Source: Auanema rhodensis (lineage: Eukaryota > Animalia > Nematoda). From it: a stretch of 64,000 nt of DNA. The notes under the pieces are model-generated. The model was given only the letters and a program-made list of their open reading frames with translations, did no database searches and had not been told where the DNA came from. Each line of letters begins with the position of its first letter. The first letter of the stretch is position 1. The position numbers and the translations under genes are program-made. Below, piece after piece: positions 1 through 12,300 of the stretch. The stretch spans positions 16,492,001 to 16,556,000 of the forward strand of contig OZ059897.1 of NCBI GenBank assembly GCA_964057225.1, written 5' to 3'.

Positions 1-696
1 TACAATCAATCTGAAAATTTTGTTTGTATTCGAAATCGTTTTTTTTAATGGGTTCCAAGTTTGTTGACTGAACCCCAAAAAAGTCTAATAAGTGAGTCAT
101 ACTTCCAATTCTTTCATGTGTTCTCGAAGAATGGCATTTACACGAGCTGATGTTCCAGTTCCCATAGTTTCCAATCCATATTTGAAAATTCTAGCCATAA
201 CTAAATAGTTTAACAATTCTCATTAGAAAATTTGTTTTTACAAATTATTTTTTTATTTATTTCAGTGTAAAGTACAATTAAAATTTCCTGAAATTCATTA
301 AACAACAGTTTTTTCATAATTTATAATTTCCCGGTTTTAAACATTAAAAATTAAATAATTTCAAAAATATTCTAGACATACTTGATGTTGGATCAGCCTG
401 CATAAGGTTTGTCATTGTATTAATTAAGCCACCAAGTTTATCACAATCAGTCCATGATACAACTTGACGCAGCAATCCATCGTATTGACGACAACTTTCA
501 TCGGAAGGAGTTGAAAAGTGCATTCCTTCTTCTTTCCATGCCTGAAATAGTCGAAATTCTTCGTATAATCCATAATGATTCACAATTTATGAGAAGCCCA
601 AATTTAAGTTTTTGAGTAATTAACTTTAAACAAAAGAATAATTAATTTCTATATCACCTGGATATTTCTCAGATTTTCTGCACACCATGTAGCCAT
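1..696 (-). CDS. TTC38: TTC38-like tetratricopeptide repeat protein, 5' part (gene continues beyond window start)
   Basis: Exons 696-658, 541-382 and 200-~100 splice to MATWCAENLRNIQ/AWKEEGMHFSTPSDESCRQYDGLLRQVVSWTDCDKLGG...ADP.../MARIFKYGLETMGTGTS. This matches the recalled TTC38 N-terminus (LRDCQAWKD...LSTTSNEACKLFD...ADP...IGTGSS). A TTTTAG acceptor lies just upstream of the ATG. Confidence 0.85.
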
Positions 697-1884
697 TTTT
701 CTAAAAAAAATATTTGCACCTTATAATAATTGTTAATACAAGAAAATGAGAGAAACACTAAACAAGAGAAATTTTCTGAAATGATTTGAAAATGAATAGG
801 AAAAAAGTTGTTTAATGTAGGTAGTTCAATACGTTCCACTTAATCTTTTAAATTGATAGTTTAGCTTTTATTTTACTATATTTCTTCTAAATTTATATTC
901 AATTTCATAAAAATTTGATTTCTTAATGCTATTGTTCTCTCACTCCCCCCCCCCTCTTATTCGTTCATGTTCATTGAATTTTTTTTTCCTTTCAATTTTT
1001 TTTTGAAATTCAGGTCATGTTGCCTCTCTCATTTCATCATCAATGACAGCCTAGAATTTCCGGGATTGGCTCCTCTTTGTCTGATCCGATTTTTTTGTGA
1101 AAGTGTTCAAGACAATAATTAGAAAATACCAAAACGAACGTGATCATGTTCTTAAGAAAAAAAATTCTATCTCCTCTCGTAGAACTTCTCTATACTATAC
1201 TCTTTCTTTCTCACTTTCTTTCTCTTTCTCTCAACCTCTCTCTCTATCAATCTCTTTCTCTCTTTCCTTTTCTTCCATCCGAATTTACGCAAGCATCTAC
1301 ACATATACTACATTTCCATCTCTTTTCCTTTTTTTCTGTGCATGTTTCATGTCGTACCTTATTTCTCTCTTCCAAGGAAATTGTTTAATTCCGATAAAAT
1401 ATCAGTTAGAGTAGAGTAGCTTTGTCTGAAGTTTGACGAGAATAGTGTTTTACACTATAAAAGAAAAAAAAGAAACTAAGCGAAAGAAAAAGAGAAAAAA
1501 GGTAATTGAAATAGTTCGCAAGCATAAGAGAATTATAATGAGGGAGAGTGAAACAGAGATAGATTGAGAGAGAGAACTGATAGGAGAGAGAGGAGGACGG
1601 CAGAGAAAGAAAGAGAGAAGAGGGCTAGTTTGTGCTTTATGGCGTGAAAGATGGGCGGAGTTTGTTCGTCTACGGCTACTTCTGAATCATTTTTCTTAGC
1701 TGCAAGGTCCATACCGAAAACAGTCTGAACATAAACATATCTCTCTGGAATTATTTTGTGTTCCTTATATATTGTCTCAATCTCTCAGAAATACAACTTT
1801 TTCAAAGTTTTTTTTCTACATACATCTTATAACATTCATCCTCTATATCTTTATTCCTAGACGAGTAAATTAAAATACAAGACT

Positions 1885-4800
1885 ATGGCTAAGACAGTAA
1901 AATGGAACCAATTTCTCAGCATATATATTTTATTTTTTTTAGTTCTTGTTAGCTATGTTAGGTAAGTATGACCTTTTCAATGTTTCTTTTTCTTAAAAGC
2001 TTTCTTTCTCTTTTTTTTCATTTGTAAATATTATCATTAGAATGATTACTTCCGGAATGAGAAAAGAAACATTATAAGAGTGAGAAAAGCGGTAGATTGA
2101 AATCGAGATAGAGAAAGAGAGAGAAAGCGAAACTATTGGAATACGGCAGATATCGTCTGCTCTACTTTTATCAAATTCATCATGAAACAATCAATTATCT
2201 AGACTTTTTTGACATTTCCTTTTGATCTTAGTGAATGCAAAGAAAAGTAGTTTCTTTAGTTTTTTCTCCAAAAGTCTAACGTAAATCTTACACACATAGA
2301 CTGTTTGTTCAATCATACGACCTCTCATTGTCAGTCTTTTTTTCCTCTTGTTCTTCCTTTAATTTGTATATAGATATCTCGTCTTTAGAATTCTTTTGTC
2401 TAAACTAAAATTTAAAAACAATCTAAGATCTGTATTAGATAAATAAATTTTTATATGAAAAATTAGATTATAAACCTTTAAATAAGTTTTCTTTATAAAT
2501 ATGATTCATTTGTCAGTTATACTTGTTAATGAATAATGTTATGACAAAAAACTGTATAGATGTATTGAAAACTCATCTTTCTTTATTCTCTTCCTCTCCT
2601 AATTATTTCTTTTCAAGTACTCTCATTGAGATTTCTTGTATTTGGAAAGGACGAGTTTCAAGCTTGATGATGTCATCAGGAAGACTATTTAGGAGGGAGG
2701 AAGCTTTCGCGCTAAACTACTGGCTAAATTGAGGAAAAAAACAGAAATACAAAACTTTTTGAGATATAATTGAAGTTATGTATATATAATTTATTTTGAA
2801 CTTGTAAGTATAGTTAAACAGATCTCAGTAATGATATGTAAAAAAAAAAAAATGTTTTCAAATTTCAAAAACAAAGTTTCAAAACTAGCTTCATATTTAA
2901 TTTAAATTTCTACATAATTATTTCATATATTTATGTATTAAAAGTATATATATATTCTTTCTTTCGACTTAATTTTGCAGAAAATCTTTGAGAAACAATA
3001 CAACAAAATCATTCGTCTATTCCACTTGTGACCTTAGCAATTCAAAAGTACTGCTCTTAAACTGTTGCTTTCAATTTCAAATAAAAGAGAGAAAGAACTG
3101 GTTCAAAACGTTACCTTCATAGCCCAAAGAGATCAGAAGTATTTCTATGAATAATCATTGTAAGATTGAGGTACAAAAAAAAGTATTATATTGGATATTT
3201 CATCAAAAAAAAAGGATTAAAAATAATAGAAAAATGTTTATGATATTACATAGGCAATTTTTATATTAAATTTAGAAAAAAAGTGTTTTCTAAACATAAA
3301 ATGAGAGATTGAAAACCGTAACACATATTATTTCAGTGCTTCCTGTACTGTTTTAGATCATCAAGCGTGTGATGAATTATGTAAGGTAAAAGCATAAATA
3401 TACTAAATATAAGTTAATAAATTTATATTAAAGGTAGATAGTTTCTGGTATGGTCATTGTACAGGTTGGGATGGCACTGATTTTAGGTAAAAAAAACCTT
3501 TTTAACTCAAAATAAGTAGTTATTATGAAAGTTATTCAAACTATATATTTAATTTTTAACATTTTCCAATTTTTTTCTTTATTTCAATGTTGTAAATGAA
3601 TATATTACAGTTGCAAATGCTTTGATTACCATGCACCTCTGGACGGAAAGAAATGTCAAGGCAAACAACGCCATTGCTCTAGAAAATGTCAAGAACAAGT
3701 AAGTTTTCCTCGTTTTTTATTCAAAAAATTGAGAAAATTAAAATATTTTGAGTTATTTGTTTGAAACAATAACACATAATACCCAAAATTAAAAATTTGT
3801 CCGAGAACGAGAGAACCGAAAGAAGCGTACAGTTGAAAACGAGATAAAAGTAAAAGCGAATGAGAAGAAAGTGCGCTAGGATTATGAAAATATTTGTAGA
3901 TATCAAAAATCAAAAGGTCAGCATGATCGAAATGATAAAAGATGTTTTTGTTGCTAACAAACGGAAAAATAGAATCAAAAGATAAGAAATATATGAATAA
4001 TGATGCAGTATATTTGAATTTAAATTTAGTGAATGCAAACTAAGAATGGATAAACATAGAATGTTAGTTGAAAAGAATGTTTTCTTTTCATTAATATGGA
4101 ATTATATTGTGGCATTTTTGCGTTAATAGCCAGTTATGATACACAGGAAGCACGTTGTTTTAGGCATAAAAATCCAGTTATGAATTGAAATGAATAAGAT
4201 TTACAAGATAAAAGATTTCAATCTTTTCAACAATTTTGTTTTTATTTTTGTTTTTAATTATTAATAGATTTTTTATCGTTTCCAATAGACACAATTTTGT
4301 GTGAAAGTATAGATTTGAATAGCACATAATTAACAAATATATTAATCATAAACTATGTGTAACATACGTAATTGATAGATGTTAAAGGATATATTTGAAG
4401 AGATTGCGAATTGTAGGAGAATACGAAATGAATGAATAGCACGTGACTTAGTGTGTTGTTTGTCATCTCGGCCAAGCTTTCGATGGAGTTAAGTCATATG
4501 ATAGAGGAAAAAAGTTTTGTTTTAGTTCATCCAAGCCTGTTTTGAAGAAATTGCAATGAAAACAAAATTATTTTGATTGAATCTAAATTTTAAAAAAATA
4601 ATTCTTATGATTCTGAAATAGTGGTTGTTTAATTACCGAATTGAGTATTAAAGATAATATGAGAGATAAGACAGCAGAAGAAAAGGAAAAAAATTGACGA
4701 ACATAGATAAATTTTTCAAATAATACTTTTAAAAAACAACCATTTAGCTATGCATGCCTATTGTTAAATGAATAGACACGTGGCACGTTTTGGCTTTTCC

Positions 4801-5758
4801 TAGCAATATGCTAATTGAGGTCAAGAGGTCATCATAGTTTTAGCTATATTTGTCAGCCTTTTATTTCATAACTATTAACAAAAGTATTTTGTTAGAAATA
4901 TATATATATAAACTGGAATATTACACACGAATGGGACATTTGGTCTACTATTGGGCTTTATAGAAAGCTTCACTGATAAGCAGTTGCAGTTATGCACAAT
5001 GATAGTTCGTTTTTCATATCAAAACACTAATCTATATATCAAATTCCATCTGTAAATTTATGAAAATCTCATATAAATGATATTATTTCATAAATATATA
5101 CATATATATATATATATGTAGATGTATGTATATTATATTTGTATAATATATTCACATCAGACATCTTATGTACCTTAAAACGTCAAAAACTAACTTGTTG
5201 AATGCATGATTCAATCGGCTTTCACTTCGCTTCAAAATTAATTAGAACCTTCGTTTCATCACAACATGAACAAGCTGAAAAAGGGCAAAATTCAGATAAA
5301 ATGAAGAATATTTTCGAAGAAATTTGTAATTTAACACGGTGAATATGATTTATTTCTAATGAACAAGCTAAGATTCAACTGTTTATATTGTTATTGTTTG
5401 TTATGTTATATAATATGTATATAATATTAAAAATGAATATTACCTGTGAAATAAGAGGGAGTATTGAAAAAGAAGTGAAACCCGATTTTGAAAACCAATC
5501 ACTTCCTTCCGCTTTTTTCAGAAAAAAAAACAGCGTTTGATTAAAATTAATTACGATATAAAATGACAGATTTGATACAAATTATTTATATATATATATC
5601 TTGAAGATAATTAAATTTAAATAGTTTTTTATTTATTTTAGGGCTCAGAAGGTGGCTTCTGTTATCCTCAACGAGACGATAACCGTACAGGATGTGAATG
5701 TTTCAAAGCTATTCAACCAATACGACGAAGAAGACATGTAGTTTATAGACGAATTTAA
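1885..5758 (+). CDS. Secreted 127-aa peptide with two tandem cysteine-stabilised alpha/beta (defensin-like) domains
   Basis: GT-AG exons 1885-1961, 3337-3385, 3434-3486, 3611-3698 and 5642-5758 (384 nt, in frame) give MAKTVKWNQFLSIYILFFLVLVSYVSA-SCTVLDHQACDELCKVDSFWYGHCTGWDGTDFSCKCFDYHAPLDGKKCQGKQRHCSRKCQEQGSEGGFCYPQRDDNRTGCECFKAIQPIRRRRHVVYRRI. It has a signal peptide plus two C..CxxxC..GxC..CxC motifs. Confidence 0.8.
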
Positions 5759-6312
5759 AATCGTGAAACGTTTCTTTACTTTATTGTGATTTTTCATATT
5801 TTAAATTTGTTTGTAAATAATACATTTAAATTAAAAACAAAGATGACATAATATGATTTGATTTTCAAATATATAGATATATAACATAACATTGACAATT
5901 ATATAATAAGTATAGAGAAAGAGAAATTAAATTAATAAAGAATAAACGTTTGTATGTGATTGAGAAGAAGTAGAAATTAAGAATCTTTGTTTGATAATTA
6001 CATTTGATCTTTCATAATGAACATGTATAATTAGCTCTATATAAAAATTATTATTTAATAATACGTATATTTTATAGAAAAAAAGTATTTTTGAAATTAT
6101 ATAGAATATAAGATATGAAGTTTTGGAGAGCAAAAGGCATTTTCATGGAAGCTTTTCATATGGTTTGATAAACAATAGAAAGCAAAAGAAAAAAATAGAA
6201 ATACAATAATAATCTAAGAGCAATTTATCAAAAAATAAAATATATATTATATGAACAATATAACTTTGTTAACTATAACTGGTTGAAAAATGTGTGAAAT
6301 ACTTTTTCTTTA

Positions 6313-7483
6313 CTAATTAAGTAGAACAGCCATAATGAGCACAAGTAATAATGATAATCCAGAGCATCCAGAAAATGCACTATTACATCTGAAAATGATT
6401 TTTATTATTCATTATATAAAGTAACAAATTATATTATATTTTTCAAAAAATGAAGATTAAATGAAATACGTACCGATCACCCAAACAGCTACACACACGT
6501 ACACGTTGGGAATCTGATCGTTCATATCGAAATAAATCAGCAGCCGACATTTCTCTGTAAGAAAAAAAAGTTAAATTGAAATACATATGTCAATGTTACT
6601 AGAGATATCTACACAACATATATGTATGTATAATCTATTTAAAATTTGATATTTTATTTTATCAAAATATAATAGTTTTGTTAATACATTCTATAAACTG
6701 GATTCACTTTTTTATTCAAAGTTCTATGATTTAATTCTTCTTCTTTTTTGTTGAAAATATAAAAATTATTAGTATGTGAAAAAAATATAATTATAAATAG
6801 TTGTAATATCTATTTATTAATATTAATTTTTCATAAATCTATAATCATAATTGAACTAAGAATGATTTTGCATATACATATGTACATATGAATATTCAAA
6901 TATGTTTTTTTTCAGTTTTATGTTAAACTTAAGTTCTAACCTGCAAATATCGTATCGATCAAACATAGCTAATGTATGATTATTAACACCACGACGTGCT
7001 AATGTTAAAGCACAACCTCGCATTGTTAACCGCCGTCCAGTTGGCTGGCCTATAATTATATACTTTCGATTATATTTTTATTTTATATAATCCATTATAC
7101 CAAGAATATATAAATCTTGTTGGACAGTTAAACAAATAGTTCTACAAGATGTAACTTGCATATCTCGTGTATCCATAGGTTCATCACATTGGGAAGAAAA
7201 GTTTTTTGGAGTTGCAAAATACCTAAACAATTAATATTATATTTTAAATGTATAATATTGTTAATATGCCTATCAAGTCCTTTATAGAAATATTCTTCGT
7301 ATCCAGTAGACATACAACTATAGCAATGATTCTGCCGTAAAGAAACTAAAACGAAATCAACTTAAATTTAAAACATGAATATTACTAAAAAGAAAATTAT
7401 TTTTTATATTTAAAATTAGTTATAAAATGAATAATACCTGCTTGAGTTAGGCTAACGAATAAAAAAAAGAGAAAGTATTGCAT
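6313..7483 (-). CDS. GPI-anchored Ly6/three-finger protein of the nematode ODR-2/HOT family
   Basis: Six exons encode a signal peptide MQYFLFFLFVSLTQA, then NHCYSCMS...SQCDEP...SCRTICLT...MRGCA...DICR...VCSCLGDRCN and a hydrophobic C-terminal tail SGLSLLLVLIMAVLLN. Intron 2 requires a GC donor. Confidence 0.85.
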
Positions 7484-9337
7484 GGGTATATGTGCATTAT
7501 CAATACACAATCATATACAATCTGAATAAAAATATATTTAAAATGACAGTTTCGTGTATCTTAAAATACAAGAATAAAAGAATAATAATAATAAATATTA
7601 AAGAATCGATAGTAAACGAATTATTTTTCTTCTTACATAGCGAATTTTTTTATTTTTCTATTCATTAGCACAAGCTATTTCGGTATAATTGAACCCAAGA
7701 GAATTTATGAAAAAAAATGGAGAAAAATCGAAGAAGACGAGACACATTATACATTTTACTCAAAGATTATTTTATATTTTATAATATAATATATGAAAAA
7801 AATATTTATACTAAAATATAAAAGAATCATAATAACAAAGTTTGAAGTTTTTTAAATTAATCATAAAAAGAAATTCTATAGTATTTGTAACATTATCAAT
7901 AACTCAATTTTCAATGAAAGTTTTGACGACTACGTGAGAAAATTCTGAAATGTTGTACAATCATGAAGTCGTCTAATGTTGCTAATAACTATACATATTG
8001 TTTTTATTTGAGAAAAAAAGGAGAAAATGAATACTAATATTGGTGAGAATCGATTAGAAATGTGATTAAGTTTAAGTAATTTGAAAGCTGTAATACATTT
8101 CAATAGGTAAGAAACCTTCGTAACCTTCACAAAGATGTGTCTATGAAAAACATTATACTGATTTAGATTATTCAAAAGCAAAAAAAATTTTAGAACTTCT
8201 AGAATATAAGCTATATCAAGGAAACTAATATATGTTGACAATTTGTATAAGATGCAAGAATATAGATTTGTTTTAGGAATGCAAATTAAGACCATAAGGT
8301 AAGATCAAACTAGGGAATGATATCGAGTGTTTTACTAGCGTGCTTAAAGACCATATATCGTGTGATGACCATTTGAAATGACTGCTGACGGACTTGATGT
8401 CCTGAGTAGTCTAGTTAGTGAACAAAATAAAGAGGATGGATAGAAGCTAGGTCTTATATCTGAAGACAAAAAAGGAAAAGAATTAATTTCAATTTGTCAG
8501 AGGTTATACTCAAAATGATTCTTAATTCAACTGACTCTTGAATGGTGCTCTCCTTTAAAGAAAATCTAGCAAGACATTTCAAACATGACCATAGCAAAGA
8601 AGAGTAAAATACAACGGAAATATGCAGATAGAAGACAGATAGTAAAAAAGCTCTTCCACACTAGTTATTTGCATCATACAAATTGGATACACACCAAAAA
8701 TGACCCAAAATAGCTCATTTAACCTTTTGGGGTTAAACTAGCAAGGCTCTAATGCTGCTTTGGGGACAAGCTGTTTGAATAATTTTATTCTACGCATTTT
8801 TCAAATGAATTTTTTTTATTTCTCAATCATCTACTTCTTTTTTTTTCTTATCTCTCTTTAAAAATTAACACTCTCTTTGATTTAATTATTTCTTCAAAAT
8901 ATATCATCATCTTCACGCAACTTTATTTTCTAGTGAAATTTTTTTATGCATAATACCACATTTCAATTAATTAATCATAAACTAGATATAACATAACGAT
9001 TATTTCATAAAAATTATAATTATCTTTAATTAAAAAATACTTAAGCATTTAAATATAATATTTAACTTAATAATATAAATAAAAGATAGCATGACAATAA
9101 TAATTATATGTAGAACATAGTTAACCAAGCTCTGCCTGCTTCTAGGATACTTCGTAATATTAGACCTTTGTATCTGGTTTTATATTTACATGAACATTTT
9201 GGATAATACTGACACGAGGAAGATGAAGCAATTTTGAGCTTCTCCCTCCTTTTCGCTTTCACTGTTTTTCTCTAATTCTCTTACCCTTCCTATACTGTTT
9301 TTTCAAAAAGCTACAACGATATATATTCAACATTATC

Positions 9338-9390
9338 TCTCCCCCCCCCTCTCTCTCTCTCTATCTATCTCTCTCTCTCTCTCTCTCTCT
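9338..9390. repeat. (CT)n/C-rich microsatellite
   Basis: Visible CT dinucleotide run with a C homopolymer and CTAT interruptions. Confidence 0.9.
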
Positions 9391-12300
9391 TTATTTCTAT
9401 CTTGTACTGAAGTTCCCCTGATTCGATGTCAAAGACATCGGATCCGTTCTACAACTGATGCTATTCGAGTATATTATTAATCGACATAAATACATATGTT
9501 TCTTTCTTCTTTCACTCTCAAATCAACAATACGCTCTACCTTATCTGTATTATTCAACAGCCTAATTATATTTTAAATGAATCAGGTTTCAATGAAAAAA
9601 AAAAGATTCTGAAAGTAAGCGCAATATAATAAAAAAGGTTAATAATCGTTTTCATATCACTATTTCTCTTGCTGTCGTATTGCATCAATCACACAACAAA
9701 AAGCTTAATATTCAAGCTTTTATAACATAAGAAAATAAATGCTTTAGATAATGAGCTCAAATTTTAATGAAATTCAATCAGAATTGTGGACAAACATCAA
9801 ACGAGGGGCAGAAAATCAGCCTCTAATCATACCAATTAAGCTTGAATCTTTCGTCTTTCATAAGAATGATACATCTGATCAATTTCAAGATTTTCGTCTC
9901 ATTCTTCCCCAATGTTTCTCAGGAAAAAATAGGTTGTAGCATTTTGATCAAAAAAAAACAAATATAAATAAAAGAAAATATATTTTTTAATAACGAAAAA
10001 ATAACAATCAAATTCAAAAAAAATTATAACAGCACACGTATGTTGGTTTTCTTACATGATTCAGTTGGATTAAATGCAAATAATTAGCATTTTATTAATT
10101 TACGTTTCATAACAAGAAATAAATATATTGTAATGTCGATTTCAATTAATTTGTGGAATATAATTTTGTATAACAATTTGGAAAGTTGAAATATAATTAT
10201 TTTGAATAAAAATCAAAAATGTCCTATCTTTATTGGTTCGTACATTTGTATAATAGTTTGAACAAAGTATACTAACTCAATTCTTCCGTTTTTCAATTTT
10301 TGAACTAAAATAAAATGAAGTAACAGAAAATAATTAAGAAATATATCAATAAATATGTTTTAATAATTTTCTATAATTATTTTTCATTAATTTTATGTAT
10401 TATATATAAATGTTCGTGTACATACAAATATACATGGATATCTGTCTGTCTCAAATGTTTCTCAAGTTTTAAATATTTTCATATATCTTAAGAGTACAAG
10501 ATGTATTCTTGTGATTGAGAAATATATAAATGAATGAATAAAACTGCAAGATAAATGATAAGCTTAATCATGAGATTTTTTATTATATTTCCCTCCCTTC
10601 ATTCAAATTGTGCTTATCATATATTCTGGATGTGAAGATCATGAAGAATAACGAAAAAAAGATTACATAGTAGAATAGGAGTGTGGGAGCCGCTCTAACA
10701 CGTTTTCAATGACGATATTCGATACAAATTGGACGACCAGAATAAAAGAACGAATTAGCCAAGATAGCAAGGAAGCAAGACGTCGAACAACTAAGCAAGA
10801 GGAGCAAAAAGTAAATGTGAATCATTTAATTTAATAAATATGTTGTAGTCTGGTAGTTTTTTCAGGAATTGATTGAATTAAAATGTCTGAATAATAACAT
10901 TTGATAGACCTCACATTCTCGAATATGGGAATGAGGGAATGTTGGAGAAAGCGAAAAAGAAAAGTTAGGAATGTGAAAAAATACAAATGGAAATATAATT
11001 ATAAACAGGGTAGGTAGCATGTAAGCAGAAATCTTCTATTATTACTCTCATTACGTCAAGTTTTGTGTGGAGAAAAGACGTTTAGAAAACGATACATTAG
11101 ATCAGCACTTCGGATGAATTTTTTAAATGTCTATGTGTACTTGTGAGTATCTATGTATGTATGTATATGTGTATATACGTAATATGTGCTGGCATCATCA
11201 GTCAGGAACTCAACGTCCAAAAAAGAGAAATGGGTGAAGATAAAAGGAGAGCGTGAAAGGGATAGAAAATTGATAGAGCACGAGGAAAAGGGTGAGGTGA
11301 CGACGGCATGTCCAATAAGTTTCTAGATTTAAATTGTGCCCCTGGCAAGAAACGAAAGGGAGATGTGAAACACAGAGGTCGTGACAATAATAAGCCAATG
11401 CTACTGATGTGGAGGCTCTCTATATGGAATGTATTCTTTAGACTTGTCTCTTGTCTTGTCCTTCGCTTCTCATCTCTCTTGAAGAGTCGAATGAAAATAG
11501 AGAGATTGAAATTGAGAGAATACTAAAGAGAAACAGACAGAGAGAGAAACAGAGAGATAAAGACTTGTGCCTGAGGCATTAAGATTCATTAGCGCGATAA
11601 AATTGCAAAAAGTGCCTAAAGTAAAGATAAAATACTACAAAATTTTGAAAATTGGAAATAAGTCGTCGTCACCACAATGTCTGCAGAGGAAAAGATTCTA
11701 GATTTATGTGCTCCAACTGACAACTTCATCTAACTACATTAAACTTGAAAATTAAACGAAAAAACAAAAAAAAACACAAAACTTGCAAAAAAAGTGAATA
11801 GAAGAGAAGATTTGAAATGTCTGTTGCTTGATCGCTTCTGTTTTCGTGAGTTCAGCAATCTGGATGGAATACATAACTAAAAGAGAAGAAACGGAAAAAC
11901 CATAAAAGGATCTGGGACGACAACCTTCCGGTTTTTCTGAGCATCATTCCTAGACGGAAGACTGGTATTGAAGCAACACATATAGATAGAAAGCTTTTGG
12001 CTTTCTGATACATAGTATAGATACATGGAAGAGCATGCTAACAGAAAAGCTGTCATAGTTTCTTGCGCTTGCTTCAGCTTCAGCTCTAGCAACAGCTTGC
12101 CTAATGTTTTAGAGTTTTGAATGCTGAATCGCCATCAAAACGATGAAATTGCCAATCAAGAAAATAGGAAACGAGTCTCAACTCAAGGCGTTTTCGGTAG
12201 AGAATAGAGCAACGATGTGTATGCTCCAATCTGATTTACCACCTAATAAGCTTTCAATGATGTTTGGATCATTTAAAACAATGAAAAACAGAGAATGAGA

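Noticed and set aside
1097-2732. Short ORFs at 1097-1414, 1140-1388, 1993-2190, 2523-2732 and similar ones at 7.9-14 kb
   Set aside because: Low-complexity CT/GA- or AT-rich translations with non-ATG starts in promoter, intron or intergenic DNA.
8362-8405. C/D box snoRNA-like GTGATGA...CTGA...CTGA
   Set aside because: Only ~45 nt long, with no terminal stem and no convincing rRNA complement.
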